Part shown: positions 1 through 11,869 of the stretch, piece after piece
How the letters are laid out: each line of letters begins with the position of its first letter
Numbering within the stretch: the first letter of the stretch is position 1
Assembly: GCA_032718475.1 (NCBI GenBank)
Contig: JAUCBJ010007594.1
Location: 1-64,000, forward strand
DNA from: Nemertoderma westbladi
Lineage: Eukaryota > Animalia > Xenacoelomorpha
DNA: 64,000 bases
Direction: 5' to 3'
Translations under genes and position numbers: made by a program
Notes under the pieces: model-generated
Told to the model about the DNA's origin: nothing
The model's database searches: none
Seen by the model: only the letters and a program-made list of their open reading frames with translations

Positions 1-1053
1 CACTGGACCATTTCTTGTGTCATTTTTGGGAGCACGAAAAGTGCTAGTAAATTTTTATTTGAAAATATTAAATACCAGGTTTTGCGATTAGAAACTTCCT
101 TTATTTAGGTTTTCGCATATGCTGAGTTCAATGGTGACATTCACAAAGACGTTGCATTGTGTCTAGCACCTTATTTTTGGGTGCGGTGCGGCACGAAAAT
201 TACAAGTAGCAGAAATTTTGGAATTTATTTGGTCACGGATCTGTGGGTTAGAAAGGTATATAACAGGGTTTTCGCATATGCTGAGTTCATTGGTGACAAT
301 CCTAAACTCGTTGCATTGAGTCTAGCACCTGATTTTTGGGTGCGGTGCGGCACGAAAATTACAAGTAGCAGAAATTTTCGCGCAACATGCAGGGTGCAAA
401 AAAGTACAATTTCACACATCCGAGTAAGTCCAAAACATGTTTCATTGTAATCAGCACCCAAAAATACCCCTTCTTACATAAAATTTATGTCGATTTGATG
501 TTGTTACAAAATGAAATTTTTTCATTACCAGCACTTTTCGTGCAACATGCAAAAAATAACAATTTCACACATCCGAGTAAGTCCAAAACATAATTCATTG
601 TAATCAGCACCCAAAAATACCCCATATTACATAAAGTTTATGTTGATTTGATGTTGTTACAAAATGAAATTTTTTCATTACCAGCACTTTTCGTGCAACA
701 TGCTGGGTGCAAAAAATAACAATTTCACACATCCGAGTAAGTCCAAAACATAATTCATTGTAATCAGCACCCCAAAAAACCTTATTAGGCAGCAATAGTT
801 ATAGATATCTTAAGTCTAAAAAAATTTCGATTTTTTTTCAGACACTATGAAAAAAAGGGGGGCACCCACCGAAAAGTAGCAATCCGTTGAAAATAAAAAT
901 AGTGCCAAAAGGTGCGCCGATAAAAGTTAGGAAAAGTCAAGAAATTTGCGTATCTCATTTTTAGTGCTTCTATGTTTGTAATCGATTTTTGATAGGGGGG
1001 GGGGGGGGGGGGGGTTCATATGAACCCCCCCCCCCCCCCCGGGACTGAAACGG
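1..1053. mobile_element. Right part of a non-autonomous piggyBac-type element
   Basis: Ends ...GGGACTGAAACGG followed by TTAA (1054-1057). Has a subterminal G-run/TTCATATGAA/C-run palindrome and ~160-bp internal subrepeats. The left end is outside the window. Confidence 0.65.
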
Positions 1054-1057
1054 TTAA

Positions 1058-2021
1058 AGCTTCTCGCGCGACTTTCTCGGCCCTCTCTCTGTTCTCTCTA
1101 ACCAGTTTCTTTCTCCTTCTCTAGCAACGCACTCCCTTCCTCTAGCTGTCTCTCTAATTCTCTCTGGTCTAGCGCCGCCAGATCGAGTTGCCACGCCAGA
1201 TTTCTACTATTACTATTACTACTCTATATTACTATTTCTTGCACCCGTCTTTCTTTTACGGAGGATGTAGCAGACTTATCGGTTACGACGGACTCCCTCC
1301 GCCTTCCCGTCCTACTAACTTTCGCCCGCCTCCCAGAACTTTCTCCGACCGACGAGACCGAATCCTCGGGGTTAACCTCGGATTTGCCCTCCTGCGGTCC
1401 CCTCCAACCCACTAATTTTATCCCCCAGGCATCGACTAAGTATGGCCCTATGTACACTACACCAGGCTCCATACCCCTACATTCCCATAGTTCAAACAGT
1501 TCGCTGGCAACCCCTCTTGCTCTCTCATTGGCTAGTTCTCCCTGCCCAAAACGCATCAAGTAGTTAAAATGTTTATTCGACTCACCTAGCCGCTTCTCTA
1601 ACTTCACCTGATCTATCTTGGCCCCTCCTTTGGCTTCTCTTAGTTGTTTTCGGGTCGCGTTGTAGGCCCGTCGGAGTCGGTCGCTAACCCCGACGTCTTC
1701 GTCGCCGACGTCTCCTCTATCCCTCCGTGTACGGCGTCGTACCAGCGGCCCCACCGTCGCCGTTCCGGTGGGCCGTCCATCGCCCTTGGCCTGTGGCTGG
1801 CCGGCGACATCGGCACGTCGACCGCCGTCGTGTGTCGACTCGTCCCCCTCTTCTCCCGACTCGTCCTCTCATTGTAGACGGCCCCCTCTTGTTTGGATTA
1901 CCAGGTCGTCCCTGATTGACGGTTCCGGCGTCGTGGGTCGGTACCGTTGCGTCGCGGCCTCGCGGATCGTTAGGTCGCCGTCCGGGGTCCGCGGTGGTGT
2001 CGTCTCTCCTTCTCTACTCAT
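1058..2021 (-). pseudogene. Decayed gag N-terminus of an LTR retrotransposon, probably BEL/Pao (element E)
   Basis: The ATG at 2021 is in frame with ORF 1754..1224 across one TGA. The product has a VNPEDSVSS motif followed by Ser/Arg-rich and coiled-coil-like sequence, as in BEL gag. It is cut by the TTAA element at 1057. Confidence 0.5.
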
Positions 2022-4516
2022 CTTTTGGGTTTAGGTCGGTGGCTGACAGTTACAGTTAGTTTCTTTGAGTGAATGGATTGAACTGACTTAGGGCAGATGA
2101 TGTCTTAACCCTATTACCACTGGGGGGGGGGCCGAATCGGCCCATTCCTAGTTTTTAGTTGCTGTAACTATGCAACCACATTACGTACCGGCCCAATTTT
2201 TTGTGAGAATTAGCCAAATTTAATGCTGCATCTTTTGCAAAAAACGCCGTTGCAATTGGATTTCTACTTTTCGATGTGGGTGCCACCTCAAAATTTGGTC
2301 TCCAGCACCAAAATTTTTGAAATTTTCGAATTTTACAAAATCATTCGTGATTTAGTAATTATTTATGTTTGGGCTGTTTTTATTTATTTTTATTGGTTTG
2401 GATCACTCTAATGCTCTATACAAGCATGTAAGTGTAGTGGTACGTCATTTTTGGAGCAACAAATTTAGGGCGTGGCACTTTAAAATTTCAAAATTATTTT
2501 ATTCGGAAAATTTACTAAAGTTCTGATTTCGAAGCATTTTTACAGGTTTTCTGGAGCGCTGAATCGATTGAAAGTAATATAGAAGCCTGAAGACTTAGTG
2601 GTTCGCCATTTTTGGTGCACCAAAATTAGGGCGTGGCACTTCAAATTTTGAAAAATACGAGATTCGGAAAATTTACTTAAGTTTTGATTTCAAATTAATT
2701 TTATAGGTTTTCTGGAGCGCTGAATCGATTGAAAGTAATATAGAAGCCTCAAATCCTTTGTGTACGTAATTTTCGGTGCACCAAAATTAGGGCGTGGCAC
2801 TTCAAATTTTCAAAATTACTTTATTCGGAAAAAACACTAAAGTTTTGATTTCAAAAAATGGCTAACTTCTAAGTCTTCAGGCTTCTATATTACTTTCAAT
2901 CGATTCAGCGCTCCAGAAAACCTATAAAAATGCTTTGCAAATCAAAACTTTAGTGTATTTTCCGAATCTCATATTTTTCAAAATTTGAAGTGCCACGCCC
3001 AATTTTTGGTGCACCAAAAATGGCGAACCACTCAGTCTTCAGGCTTCTATATTACTTTCAATCGATTCAGCGGCCCAGAAAACCCATAAAGATGCGTTGA
3101 AATAAAAAAATTAGGGGCATTTTCTGAATATCTAATTTTTCAAAATTTGAAGTGCCACGCCCACTTCTTAGGTGCACGAAAAATAGCATCCACTTCAATT
3201 TTTGGAAGTGGAATATAATCACATTCGATTCAGCGTCTTTCGATTCAGTCGCCGTCCGGGGTCCGCGGTGGTGTCGTCTCTCCTTCTCTACTCATCTTTT
3301 GGCTTTAGGTCGGTGGCTGACAGTTACAGTTAGTTTCTTTGAGTGAATGGATTGAACTGACTTAGGGCAGATGATGTCTTAACCCTATTACCACTGGGGG
3401 GGGGGGGGGCCGAATCGGCCCATTCCTAGTTTTTAGTTGCTGTAACTATGCAACCACATTACGTACCGGCCCAATTTTTTGTGAGAATTAGCCAAATTTA
3501 ATGCTGCATCTTTTGCAAAAAACGCCGTTGCAATTGGATTTCTACTTTTCGATGTGGGTGCCACCTCAAAATTTGGTCTCCAGCACCAAAATTTTTGAAA
3601 TTTTCGAATTTTACAAAATCATTCGTGATTTAGTAATTATTTATGTTTGGGCTGTTTTTATTTATTTTTATTGGTTTGGATCACTCTAATGCTCTATACA
3701 AGCATGTAAGTGTAGTGGTACGTCATTTTTGGAGCAACAAATTTAGGGCGTGGCACTTTAAAATTTCAAAATTATTTTATTCGGAAAATTTACTAAAGTT
3801 CTGATTTCGAAGCATTTTTATAGGTTTTCTGGAGCGCTGAATCGATTGAAAGTAATATAGAAGCCTGAAGACTTAGTGGTTCGCCATTTTTGGTGCACCA
3901 AAATTAGGGCGTGGCACTTCAAATTTTGAAAAATACGAGATTCGGAAAATTTACTAAAGTTTTGATTTCAAATTAATTTTATAGGTTTTCTGGAGCGCTG
4001 AATCGATTGAAAGTAATATAGAAGCCTCAAATCCTTTGTGTACGTAATTTTCGGTGCACCAAAATTAGGGCGTGGCACTTCAAATTTTCAAAATTACTTT
4101 ATTCGGAAAAAACACTAAAGTTTTGATTTCAAAAAATGGCTAACTTCTAAGTCTTCAGGCTTCTATATTACTTTCAATCGATTCAGCGCTCCAGAAAACC
4201 TATAAAAATGCTTTGCAAATCAAAACTTTAGTGTATTTTCCGAATCTCATATTTTTCAAAATTTGAAGTGCCACGCCCAATTTTTGGTGCACCAAAAATG
4301 GCGAACCACTCAGTCTTCAGGCTTCTATATTACTTTCAATCGATTCAGCGGCCCAGAAAACCCATAAAGATGCGTTGAAATAAAAAAATTAGGGGCATTT
4401 TCTGAATATCTAATTTTTCAAAATTTGAAGTGCCACGCCCACTTCTTAGGTGCACGAAAAATAGCATCCACTTCAATTTTTGGAAGTGGAATATAATCAC
4501 ATTCGATTCAGCGTCT
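1974..4516. repeat. Tandem duplication of ~1.27 kb (1974-3238 and 3248-4516)
   Basis: Near-identical copies with the same 62-aa ORF at 2223 and 3501. The junction repeats TTCGATTCAG. Confidence 0.95.
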
Positions 4517-4805
4517 TGAAAAACCTACTAAATCTAGCCAACACTGCCACACTATAAGTTTTTAGAAAACTAAAAATTTTGTAATTTTGTCCTGGGACTA
4601 CTTTTATTTTTCATCAAAATTATGAGTCCCTGCTTATGAAATTTTAACTTTTTAAGGTTTGGTAGTGTTCATCTATAGTTGTTTCACCAACAGCCCAAAT
4701 TTTGTAGGATTTCATTGGACGACTACAAAAATATAGTGGGTGGGCCGAATCGGCCCCCCCCCCCCCAGTGGTGCTAATGGTCAAAACACCCCAGTGGTAA
4801 TAGGG
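3383..4805. mobile_element. Complete piggyBac-type MITE; a truncated duplicate starts at 2109
   Basis: TTAA|CCCTATTACCACTGGGG ... CCCCAGTGGTAATAGGG|TTAA, with 161-bp internal subrepeats in both orientations. Confidence 0.9.
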
Positions 4806-7583
4806 TTAACACTGTGACGGGATCCACCGAGGATCCCAATATATCCGGTTATCTTAACTACGCATCCCCGCCGTGTGTATGTGAAAGGATCGTTTGAGAG
4901 TTCTGATGTTGTTAATTCTCCAATATATTATGTATAATACAAATGTTAAATGGATAAAGTGTAGACACATTCAGATGGTAATTGATTAACTAAAGTAAAG
5001 TGAATGATGGCGGCAGTAGACGGTCTTAAGAGTTACCGTACTACCCTAACTGAACTGACTAACTAAAGTAAATGAAATGACATAGTAACTGGTAATATAT
5101 ATTGCACTGGTTGGCCGTATTACATTACTCAGTGGATGCCTCCCCCCCCCTCCCCCATTGGCTAATAACTCACTTCTCGCCCTCCCATCTCTCTGGGAGT
5201 GCTTCCCCCCGCTACTGTCACTCTCTCCCTCCCGGAGGTGTAACATCTGACCCCCGCTGTGTGTGTCCCTTTGGGGTTTGTCGCCCCGCTTATTGGGGTG
5301 ATACAAGGTTGATTGGTAATCAACCTTGTTCTCCCAATATTGCTTAAAGCTCACTTTATGGAGTGACTAGCGGAATTGAATTCGCTAACAAAACTGCATT
5401 GAAATAATTGTACGTACAGTATAACAATATACAGAGAATATTGCAATGTTCTAGAGTTAATATACGGAAATAATAACCTGAAGCGAATAAAACTGAATAA
5501 TCACTGATGCCATTCCAGAAGCAAATTAACCTGTTTAATTACCGAGGCCACAGGCCGATGTTATTATATTTAATTTGGGTTAATAAGGTTAATAAGGTTA
5601 ATTTGCTGAAGGATTAGGCATCAGTTAAATAACTGGGAGAAAATCTTGGGATAATAGTAGTGCCTACCCCTACCCTCGGTAGCATCTATCTAAAGAGGAG
5701 CCTTCGGGTCGCCTCAACTGTTTGCTTGATATGCTGCTAATAATACTAGGTGAAAGAAGAAATCAATCAGCATGTAGTTCAGCAATATCCTTGTTTTACT
5801 AGTCAGCCAGTAGTACCAGTGTTGCTGTATTCTTGTATTACATGGTGTATTCCAGTATTGTTAGTGTTAGATCAATAATTGATTTTAAGAATTTTAAGAA
5901 TTGATAATTTAGCACATGAATTATTCATGTGCTAAATGTTGGCAGTTGAAGTGCAGAAGTTGTGGTATTTATTATTAAGGATACCATTCATACCAGAAAA
6001 CCGAACTGACTAGAAAATCATGTGTGATGTGTTCTATATCTTGCATCCGCGCTTCTAGCCACACTGATGCCACTTCACTACAGTATCTCTGTCGGTAGGA
6101 CCTAACTGTGGCCCTCTTGCTGTCTTAATATTAAATACCGCAACATCTGCACTTTAACTGTTCAACATTTAGCAGATGACAAGATCCAACACTAACAATA
6201 CTTGAATACTGGAATACACTAATACCAGAATACACCATTAAAGTGCCTCTACCGGCTGACCAGTAAAACTGTTGAAATGCATGCTGATTTGTTACTGTTC
6301 CTTGGCTGCCGGGCAACAATGGTTTCTGTGTAGTATTAGACACATTCAACTTATTTTTTAGCAGCATATTAGGTAAAATTTAATGCTATTTAATGCCAAT
6401 CATTTTATTACTGTTTTCTGGACAGTTTTATCCCTATGTTTTACGTAGATTACTTAATGGTGTGCTATGCGAGGAGTACATTTAGGATTACCAATTCAGT
6501 GTAATACATGTATTAAATTTCCTGTTGATCAATATTTTTACTTTTTCCGGGTGCATTACAGTGTTTTTCATCTGTTTTTCTAGTGTTTCACTGTTTTACT
6601 AGTGTTTTCCTAATTTAGAATTATCCTTCTTCCTATACCTACTGTTGTTTATAATATACTTATTGGGAATTTGATCCAAAGGTAAATTCACAGCCAGCAA
6701 GCTGGGTTTCTAGTATTGAAATATAGTTGTAATCAAATCAGGGTACTTGGTATTCACTCAGGAAGAACTCCAAACCACAGTAAATCGATTTCAACAATAG
6801 AGACTACTAAGTAGGTTTGCTGTATTTTAAGGGTGAAATTTGGCAAATTTTGCAAAATTTTAAAGGCCATGAGGCTAGGGTAGATTTATATGAAAATCAC
6901 AATTTCACATTTTGTGTTTGTTTCCAACCTATTTGACATTAAATATTTGCATCTTCCTTAACTTTTATCAAAAATACAAAATATCTGGGATTTTCAAAAC
7001 TGGCATTGCCTTCTCAAAAATTTGAAATTTTCAAGTGACGTGAGGCCCGCTTAGAATTTTTCGAAATCAAAATTTTTTTTTGCAAAGTTAGTTTAGACCG
7101 ATTTGGCATCAAAAAAATAGTGCTTCCCTTAAAAATAAAGAAAAATTTTTTTTTCAATCCACCCTAATGTATAGACTTATGCCCTCTAGCCTCTGTTTTG
7201 GTACAGAGCTTCAATGACGAAATTAGCCAGCTGTTTCTTTATCCGTAGGGTCTATGTTATATTTCGTCCAATCAGCGCGATTTTCTGTTCATGTAAATGT
7301 CGCAATGCGACAAAATCCTTCATTCTGACTTTCTGAGTTCGCCCAGAAACATCAGCGGCCAGAGAGAATCATAGAACGCAAATAAATTAACTCTTGACAC
7401 TCACATTAGAAGAAAATAACCCTTGGTCCTATCAAATATATTTTTCTTGGTCCTTGAGTGGAAAAATGTATCTTTGGTACGCAAAGGGTTGAGTAACAAA
7501 ATAAATACATATATTCGGTTTCGTAATTTAAATATTTTACTGAAAATGCTGCAGATTTTATTTATATTGTATTGAATATTTAG

Positions 7584-7840
7584 ATTTAAGAAAGCTGGAT
7601 ATTGTGAACAATAGTGCTGGTAGTGACTCGTCCAGGTGGGGCTGTAGAGCAAACTTGGCAGTTGATGGTATAAAGACGGGCGACCCGAAGCCAAAGCCTC
7701 CAGTTTGTAATGGATTCCATTCAGATGAATACCCACCCCATTGGTGGTGGGTCGACATTGGAAGTGAAAAGATTGTTGGTCTCGTGAGAATTTATAACTC
7801 AGAAGCTGATTTTAATAATAATAATTTATATAACTCCAAG
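7584..7840 (+). CDS. Host gene exon: N-terminal half of an F-type lectin (fucolectin/F5-8 type C-like) domain
   Basis: Acceptor tttag, donor AAG|gtaaat, phases 1 and 0. Translates to ANLAVDG...CNGFHSDEYPPHWWWVDIG...LVRIYN, matching the AVDG..C.HT..PWW.VDLG..V.IYNR pattern. Confidence 0.85.
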
Positions 7841-7994
7841 GTAAATCTGTGGAATACGACTTTTGTCGGTATATAAACCATATAATAATCGTTAAAATAA
7901 ACACGGTTTCACAACCTTACAATTTTATTACACAATGTGATATATTACAAATAATCTAGTCATAATTTCATTATTTGTGTAAAGAAGCAACATT

Positions 7995-8787
7995 ATCATC
8001 AGTATGAAGGCTTAACCAAACAGCTTAAATGTAAATTACAAGTAGCTCAGAATAAAGTAGTACGATTTATTAAAGACTACAAACCTAGGCACCACCTAAC
8101 TCCAGATGACTTTTCTGAATCTGGACTACTTAACTTAGATAGTAGAGTTAAGCAGCTACGCCTTAACCATGTGCATAAAGTGTATAATGGTAAATGTCCC
8201 AATTACCTAAAACAAAAATTCAACAGAGTACGCGATACACACTCTTACAGTACCAGAGCTAGTGCTTCAAACTTCTACCTCCCGAATTGTAAATCCTTTG
8301 TATCTGATACTTTCTTTTTTAACGGCATAAAAAATTGGAACGCTCTGCCTAATGAAATTAAAAACCTAAATAATCAACATTCTTTTAAATCTGCAGTTAA
8401 ATCTCATCTCCGTGTGCAATGTAAAAATAGGTACAATAGTCCTACAGTAAGTTATTAGTTTATTAATTATTTACTATTTATACTGTAATTACGTTTTATA
8501 ATAAATTGTTCTGTACATTACATCTTTATCGTTGAGTCGGGCATTGTCACGCTCTCGGTAAAGTTGTACATGTACATAGTGTAATTACGTTTTATATTGG
8601 TTTTAGGTTAGCGTAGTGTAATATTGTATTTGTAACCAAGTAACATAAAGGACCCCCTTGGAAATAAGCTGCAAAGCTTTAGGGGTAATCCTATATGTTA
8701 TGTTGGACAATACCTTTATACCGGTACATTGTTTGGTGTATTTGTTATTGTTTTTACATAATGTATAAATAAATCTATCTATCTATC
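7995..8787 (+). mobile_element. 5'-truncated L2/CR1-group LINE 3' end inside the lectin intron
   Basis: KLQVAQNKVVRFI...HSYSTR...WNALPNEIK...FKSAVKSHL is a typical ORF2 C-terminus. The 3'UTR has a stem-loop near 8649-8692 and an AATAAA(TCTA)n tail. Confidence 0.8.
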
Positions 8788-8902
8788 ATATTCACAGTTA
8801 TTTTCCATCAATTGTTCAATATTTTTGAGTTTTAATAATAAAATATTAATATATAATTAGATGTAATAATATAACTTATTATCGAAATTAATTTATGATT
8901 AG

Positions 8903-9134
8903 ATATTCGTATTGGGTGCTGGCACTGATCTGGAGGATTTATACGTTATTCGTGATAAGAGCGATCAACTTTGCGAAATGGTAACGGCTTGGATGGTAAC
9001 AAGAGACCATTGGACCATGAATTTTACATGCGAAGACGAGGGAGGTTTAGGATTATTTGGAAGATATGTCGTACTCTACGCTCACCTTGATAGAATTATC
9101 AACATCCATGAGGTGGAAGTGTTTGAGCAAATAG
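8903..9134 (+). CDS. Host gene exon: C-terminal half of the F-type lectin domain
   Basis: Acceptor attag, donor G|gtaaat, phases 0 and 1, in frame with the previous exon. Encodes LC...FTC...GRYVVL...INIHEVEVF (canonical GRYV...L.LCEVEV). Confidence 0.85.
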
Positions 9135-9875
9135 GTAAATTGATTACATTAATATACATAGCAACTAAAGCTATACAGTAGATCTCATAATAGCTGGAGA
9201 AATCATAAACTTAAATTATGTAATATTATAATAATATATAAATATATAATAAAAAGTACAATTTTAAATATTTTATATTCTTTTCGCTCGAATATACCCC
9301 AAAATCGGGAGAAAAAGTTTCACTTTTTTTCCTTGGGAAAAAATGTAACTTATAGTATTGCATTGATTTTACTTTTTTTCCTGGCGAAAAAAGTAAAATG
9401 AATACTTTTGGTGGAATTTCTTAAATTTTATTACCTGTGTTCAAAGAGCAACGACGTAGATTTGCGTAGGTTTGTAAGTAATTTCAACAAAATCCACTCA
9501 ATGTTACTGCAATTTTAGTGTGTGCGCAAGGCGTACTCCAAAACGGAAATCAATACCAAATATTGGTTTATATAGTTAAGAGGCTCTCTATTTCTAGTTA
9601 CGTAATAATTATATAGCAATATAGTAACATACTACAGTTCAATTTACTTTCAAAACACTACTGCAATAATGTAATAAAATAATACTAATAAAATAATTAT
9701 TTGAAAAGGCACTGATAGGCTATGTTCTCGGCGCAAATAAACCTATTGTACTCAAGTGGGTACCAGATATTTGTTCTTATAATTGTACTCTTCTCGGAAT
9801 AAATGCGTTTTGAATCGACTTTTGAATATCTTTTGGCTGTATCTGCCTGCAGTGCGTATATTCATTATTCAAGTG

Positions 9876-9992
9876 CAATTTATTCCATATTTTTTCCAAT
9901 TTATTCCATATTTTTTCCAATTTATTCCATATTTTTTCCAATTTATTCCATATTTTTTCCAATTTAATCCATATTTTTTCCAATTTATTCCA
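9876..9992. repeat. 21-bp minisatellite, about 5.5 copies
   Basis: (CAATTTATTCCATATTTTTTC)n. It explains the spurious repetitive ORFs at 9777 and 9783. Confidence 0.95.
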
Positions 9993-10739
9993 GCTACCGA
10001 GATTAGATTATCGACCAGACGGATTATAAACGTGCGCGTTTATAATCCGTCTGGTCTATAATACGAAATTAGTTCCGGTAGATATTGAGGACCTGTTCTA
10101 AGGTCCGGACTCCGGTTAAAATTATCCTCTGTATTATTTTAATAAAAAACCGACTTTGGCAAATGTCTTACCAAAAATAATGATAATAGATAGGTGGAGC
10201 GATAGTATTAGAAGACTTCTAAACAAGAAAAAAATTTTTGTCGCCAAATTAAATCACTTTATTTACACATTTAAAAAATTGCCTTAAAACTCTATTAAAA
10301 TCAAAATATTAGGTTTACGATAGTCAAAACTAGCTTAAAATGTTTGGAATAAGGTTTATAATCATTTTGACAGACAAAATTCTTTTACATAAACAACTAA
10401 AGATTTTATTACGAATTTATCATGATGACGTCATCATTTTTGTCTTTTATTAATAAAATGTCTCCTGATAAAAAGGAATCAAAATATTAAAATTTTGTCT
10501 GTCAAAAATTTTGGTATATGAAAATGTACAATGTGACCATTTTTCAGGAACTAAATATGAGTTTTACTTGATTTATAGAATTTTTTGTTGGAAAAATTCA
10601 AAAAAATGAAAAGTGGAGAAAATCGAGGTTAAAGTTTGAACCTTCCCAGCAAATTACAGTAGTCAGTCTCTATGTGACTGCCGATATGAATTAATCAAAA
10701 TAGTCATTTAGGAATGATTTAGGAAGCAGACAGCTGAAA

Positions 10740-11335
10740 TTTTCACTATGGGGGTTTTCGCAGGACGTTGGCTGATTTCAATTCTGATGTCAGTTTTCAA
10801 GCTTGGACAAATCTACTCTGACTGTCTGGCTGTCTGTCGGAATGTCTGTCTGTCTGTTGGTTTGTCCGTCAAAATATAATAAAACACGCGAAACATCTAA
10901 AAATTGCTTTGGGGGTTTTCCATGTCGCTGATTTAAATTCCGATGTCAGACAGTTTTGCTTTTTGGTTAACTTTTGTCTGTCTATCCGTCAGTTTGGCTG
11001 TTCGAATGTCGGTCAACATACAAAAACACATTCCATCTAAAAATTTCATTATGGGGGTTTTCGTGGTCGCTGATTTCATTTCCTGTGTCAGTTTTGATGT
11101 TAGACAAAATCTAGTCTGTCTGTTTGTCAGGAAACACTTTTTTTAGGGAAAATGATGTTAATTTTATTTTTATGGAAACAAGCCATTGTATAACCGTCAT
11201 ATCTCCAAAACTAAACATGATGAGATTTCATAACATACATATTGGGATTCGCCATTAAATTCTGCACAACAATCGACTAAAATATGTTTTTTGATTTTTT
11301 TATCTTTAAAAAGTGGAGTCCCCCCAAGCATTTGT
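10740..11335. repeat. Non-autonomous DNA-element remnant with 140-160-bp subrepeats and CTGT microsatellite patches
   Basis: A GGGGGTTTTC..GCTGATTT module recurs at 10750, 10911 and 11053. The ends could not be resolved. Confidence 0.4.
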
Positions 11336-11869
11336 ACGTTATCAGTGCCAATTTAAATTCAATATGTCTTATAACAGGTAGCCAGTGAAGCTGCTTTAAA
11401 GCTGTCGTTATTTGGTCTCGTTCCCGCAGAACACAAATTAGTCATGCTGAAGCATTTTGCACATATCACGTAAGGTACGATATGTAGGTACATATCGTAG
11501 AGAGTTAGTTAGATACATATTGTGTAAGGTCCACTATATAATGCTAAAAATACAGTATGTAGAGAGAGGAGAGCGTGGATACAAAGTAATCTAGTGTATT
11601 ATATGTATAGCCACAAGTATGAAAATTGGATGTATTGTGTAAGGGACGATAGAAAATGCATAGAATAATATGTATAAATAAACAATAAATTAAATATGTT
11701 GATAAAAATTTAAATAAATAATATAGCTACCAAAAGGAGAATTATGTATTCTGGAACTATAGGAAAAGTAACAAAAATTAATTCAATTAGGTTAAATTGA
11801 GAATAATAGGTAGAAATATTACAATATTACATAGAAATACCAGTTATGCCGCTGAAAGTAGAATAGATT

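Noticed and set aside
995-1040. Long G and C homopolymers here and at 12161, 18617, 20762, 27524 and 57591 as G-quadruplex elements
   Set aside because: Most are expansions within transposon subterminal motifs, their lengths vary between copies, and homopolymer length is error-prone.
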